NCBI GenBank assembly: GCA_002633005.1 | Contig: NMRA01000233.1 | Coordinates: 496,001 to 560,000, forward strand | DNA length: 64,000 nt | Source of the DNA: Phoronis australis | Taxonomy: Eukaryota > Animalia > Phoronida | Direction of reading: 5' to 3' | Shown here: positions 61,297 through 64,000 of the stretch, in pieces | Numbering within the stretch: position 1 is the first letter of the stretch | How the letters are laid out: every line of letters begins with the position of its first letter | Notes under the pieces: generated by a model | Seen by the model: the letters and a program-made list of their open reading frames with translations, nothing else | Told to the model about the DNA's origin: nothing | Database searches by the model: none | Translations under genes and position numbers: made by a program

Positions 61297-64000
61297 CAGG
61301 GCAAAAAATTGCCCTCGTTGTCTGAAAGACTGAACCCTTTTTGCAAATATTTGACAAACATGGAAAAAAGAAAATTCAGCTTTGTTGCTTTCCCCTGCAT
61401 CTATGACGGTGTGTTTCTTGTGTCTTTCGCAAGACAGAAACCATTTATTATTGATTCGCCAAACTTAGTGTTTTGGACGCCACCTGATTTTGTTTGAAGC
61501 AATTAGTTGTTGATGATCGAAATAGTATTATTTGTTTGAACATGCAAGTACCAGCTTTGACTCAATCTTTCTGTTTTATGCATTTGCCACAATTTTATTG
61601 CACGTACGTTCTGGTGGCACTTCTTGAACTTCCTCAGGATTTTACATTTTCGCATTTGTGTGCACACGTTTCATTCAACATATTGTTTTGCTAACTAGGA
61701 TTAATCTTTCCGAATATTCGTTTCACAGTGGCCCAATGTAATGGTAGGTGTTAAGATAGATCTAACTTTAAGTAACGTAGTTATTGCCAGTCCCCGGCAA
61801 CTTCAGGGTTTGACTGAGAAAGGACATAGCATGTGTGGTCCTCGGGTATGTGATTCCCAATATCAACATACCAAGATTACATAAAGTAATTATTCAGATG
61901 TCCTTTCCCAGCCACCCGTCTTGAGTGATAATCCCTCATTATGTTTGGTGTGGTGGGCCCTTAATATCTAACATGCAATCACTACACGTAACCAATATGG
62001 TCTTAGTGCACCTAATAATTACCCTTGGTTTCCTGTTAAGTTTCTTACAGTACAAGACGAAAGTAATCAGACAAAGGAGTGTTTCCCTGTCGTGGTGGGT
62101 AAAGCAGTTAACAGCAAAATGACTGCAAACAACTATTATGGAAGCAAAAGTTATAATTACAGAGTAACTCTTAATCATAAACTTTCCTGGTACGTCCCCT
62201 TCATTCTCGCTCACGACGGAGGACTGCTCTATGGATGAAATTGACTTTCGCCCAGCTGTCACGATGGAGAATTCTGTGTCATTAAATGCTTTTGTCTTGT
62301 ACTGTATTAATATGCACCTGGGTTGAGAATTCAGGTGTGAATGAAACAAAACAAGGACGTGCGATTCCTTGCTCTGTAAATTATTTGAATATATCAATTT
62401 ATTAGTAACGTGTATTCTGCTAACTCTTTGACTATTCTATCTGAAGTTACAGTCGCACTTGGCCTATTAACAAATTTTAACTTTTAGAATAGTGAGAAAA
62501 TCTTATGACAATTACTAGTTCCCTACATTTATGACACTATGAGATTCCTGGTGGAGATTTCACAGTGTGATACTGCTTTGTCTTATTTGAAGATTAATGA
62601 ATGAAATTTTGTTTTGTAGTATTTATTTGTTATTTTAAATTATTAGTAACTACGACAACACGAGTAAATCCAGTGCACCTGGCTCAGTGCCCATTGTCAA
62701 GTCTAACTCAATATATATCTCTGGTGAAAGTCTGGTTTCAAAAGCTTCTCTGAAGTCAAATGCTTGCAAATAAAGCAAGTTCGAGTGTTATTATATAATA
62801 CTCACTAAATTGACATATTATGTACATATTTATTTAACAAAGTATACACCCATTTCTGCATATAGGCTACCTAGCTCCTGGATCATTTCTGATTGGCTAC
62901 GTGAACTAATTACTGAGTACTGTACTGTTCATAGTTGCGTTAAAAAAACTAAATAAATGTAATGTCTTGTGAGTTCGCCGAAATCTTCCACGAGTGCTTT
63001 GATTTGATTTTTTTGTGCTTCATGAATAAGTTTCCAATCTCACTAGTACACTAACAAAAATGGCCACCACTAATTTAATAGTAATTTGAAGGCTGTTCTG
63101 CAATGTTGAATTATGGGAAAAAATTATGCATTAGGTTCATGAATACTCGTCATTTCCGCTGCATAATCTCTCATTGTAAGCGTCTAGTGAGTATTCATTG
63201 CAACTTAACTCAGCCCTGATCTAATATTTTATATAAAAATGCTAACTTTCATTTTCTTTGATTCATTTCTTGTGTGTTGTATTGATTTTCCTTCTACTCA
63301 TTTTCCGCCTTCTTTAGAGGGATTTATGGAGGGTAGGTAACGACATCTGAAATGTTTTCCCCCCCTTTTGTCGTTTTACAAATTGAAAACCTTGTGGATA
63401 TTTTAGAACAGTTGTGATGATGGTGTGATGTTGTGGAAATTTGACTGCTTTTTTGAGAAGGGGGGCAGAAAAACGCAGTTCTGTTTCATAATGCATGACT
63501 TTGGATACGTTCATAAATATGCATGTCACATTTGGTGTGGGAGTCCATCATTTTATAATATCATTAAGCATGTAACTTCTTAAGTCTTCATGTGGTGGCG
63601 AACCAAAGCATGTTTGATAATTGGAATAACATTTATCTAAATTTGTTAATACAGTATGGTAGTTTTGATGACTCTAGGAAATTCAGGATCTCGCACAGAC
63701 CTTAAATTTGATATCTATAATTAGGGTTGACAGGTGTCATTCACTAATCAATTAAGCAGATATACAGCATCCTTTGTCTGCACTTTCTGCTATAAATCTG
63801 GTCTCAACTTGTTCCTTACTCAGATTAGGGATGGTTCCTGTGCTTGGAAGGAACTGGTAGTTTGCTGTTACTTGACATCAGGTACAATATGTTGGTTTGC
63901 CAAACTGCGTGGTAGTTTTTTGCTGGACCAATTATCATTCTTCATTCGAGTAAAGAACAAGTTGGGCCAATTTTATTGGTTGAATTGGTCTAAATCAATA

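Noticed and set aside
61939-62397. 152-aa minus-strand ORF and a GC-richer + strand stretch at ~62180-62320 as the next DH exon
   Set aside because: No similarity to the expected DH continuation (F..Y..FC..H motif) and no convincing splice pair.

Overview
AT-rich animal genomic DNA, probably from an invertebrate bilaterian (inference), with two assembly gaps (26727-27095, 54050-54499). It is dominated by one multi-exon + strand gene, a TIAM1/still life (sif)-family Rac GEF. I traced 18 coding exons by hand from the ATG at 23564 to 59974, all with phase-consistent GT-AG junctions (3720 nt, 1240 aa). Domain order is myristoylation-type N-terminus (MGNKLC), EVH1/WH1, low-complexity linker, PHn-CC-Ex, RBD, PDZ and the start of the DH domain. 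I found no further exon, so the rest of DH-PH presumably lies beyond the window. Bases 1-23.5 kb look non-coding (5' intron or upstream). The introns hold many non-autonomous DNA transposons: two Helentron-associated (HINE-like) families, hAT, PIF/Harbinger and Kolobok-like MITEs, plus mini- and microsatellites. The most unusual observations are a HINE family whose ~150-bp core repeat carries a CTCF consensus in nearly every unit, a second HINE carrying a YY1/ETS/NRF1 motif cluster, a CRE+CCAAT candidate internal promoter, and an EVH1-ligand motif within an EVH1-containing GEF. Almost all other ORFs in the track appear spurious. I found no clearly novel multi-gene system.
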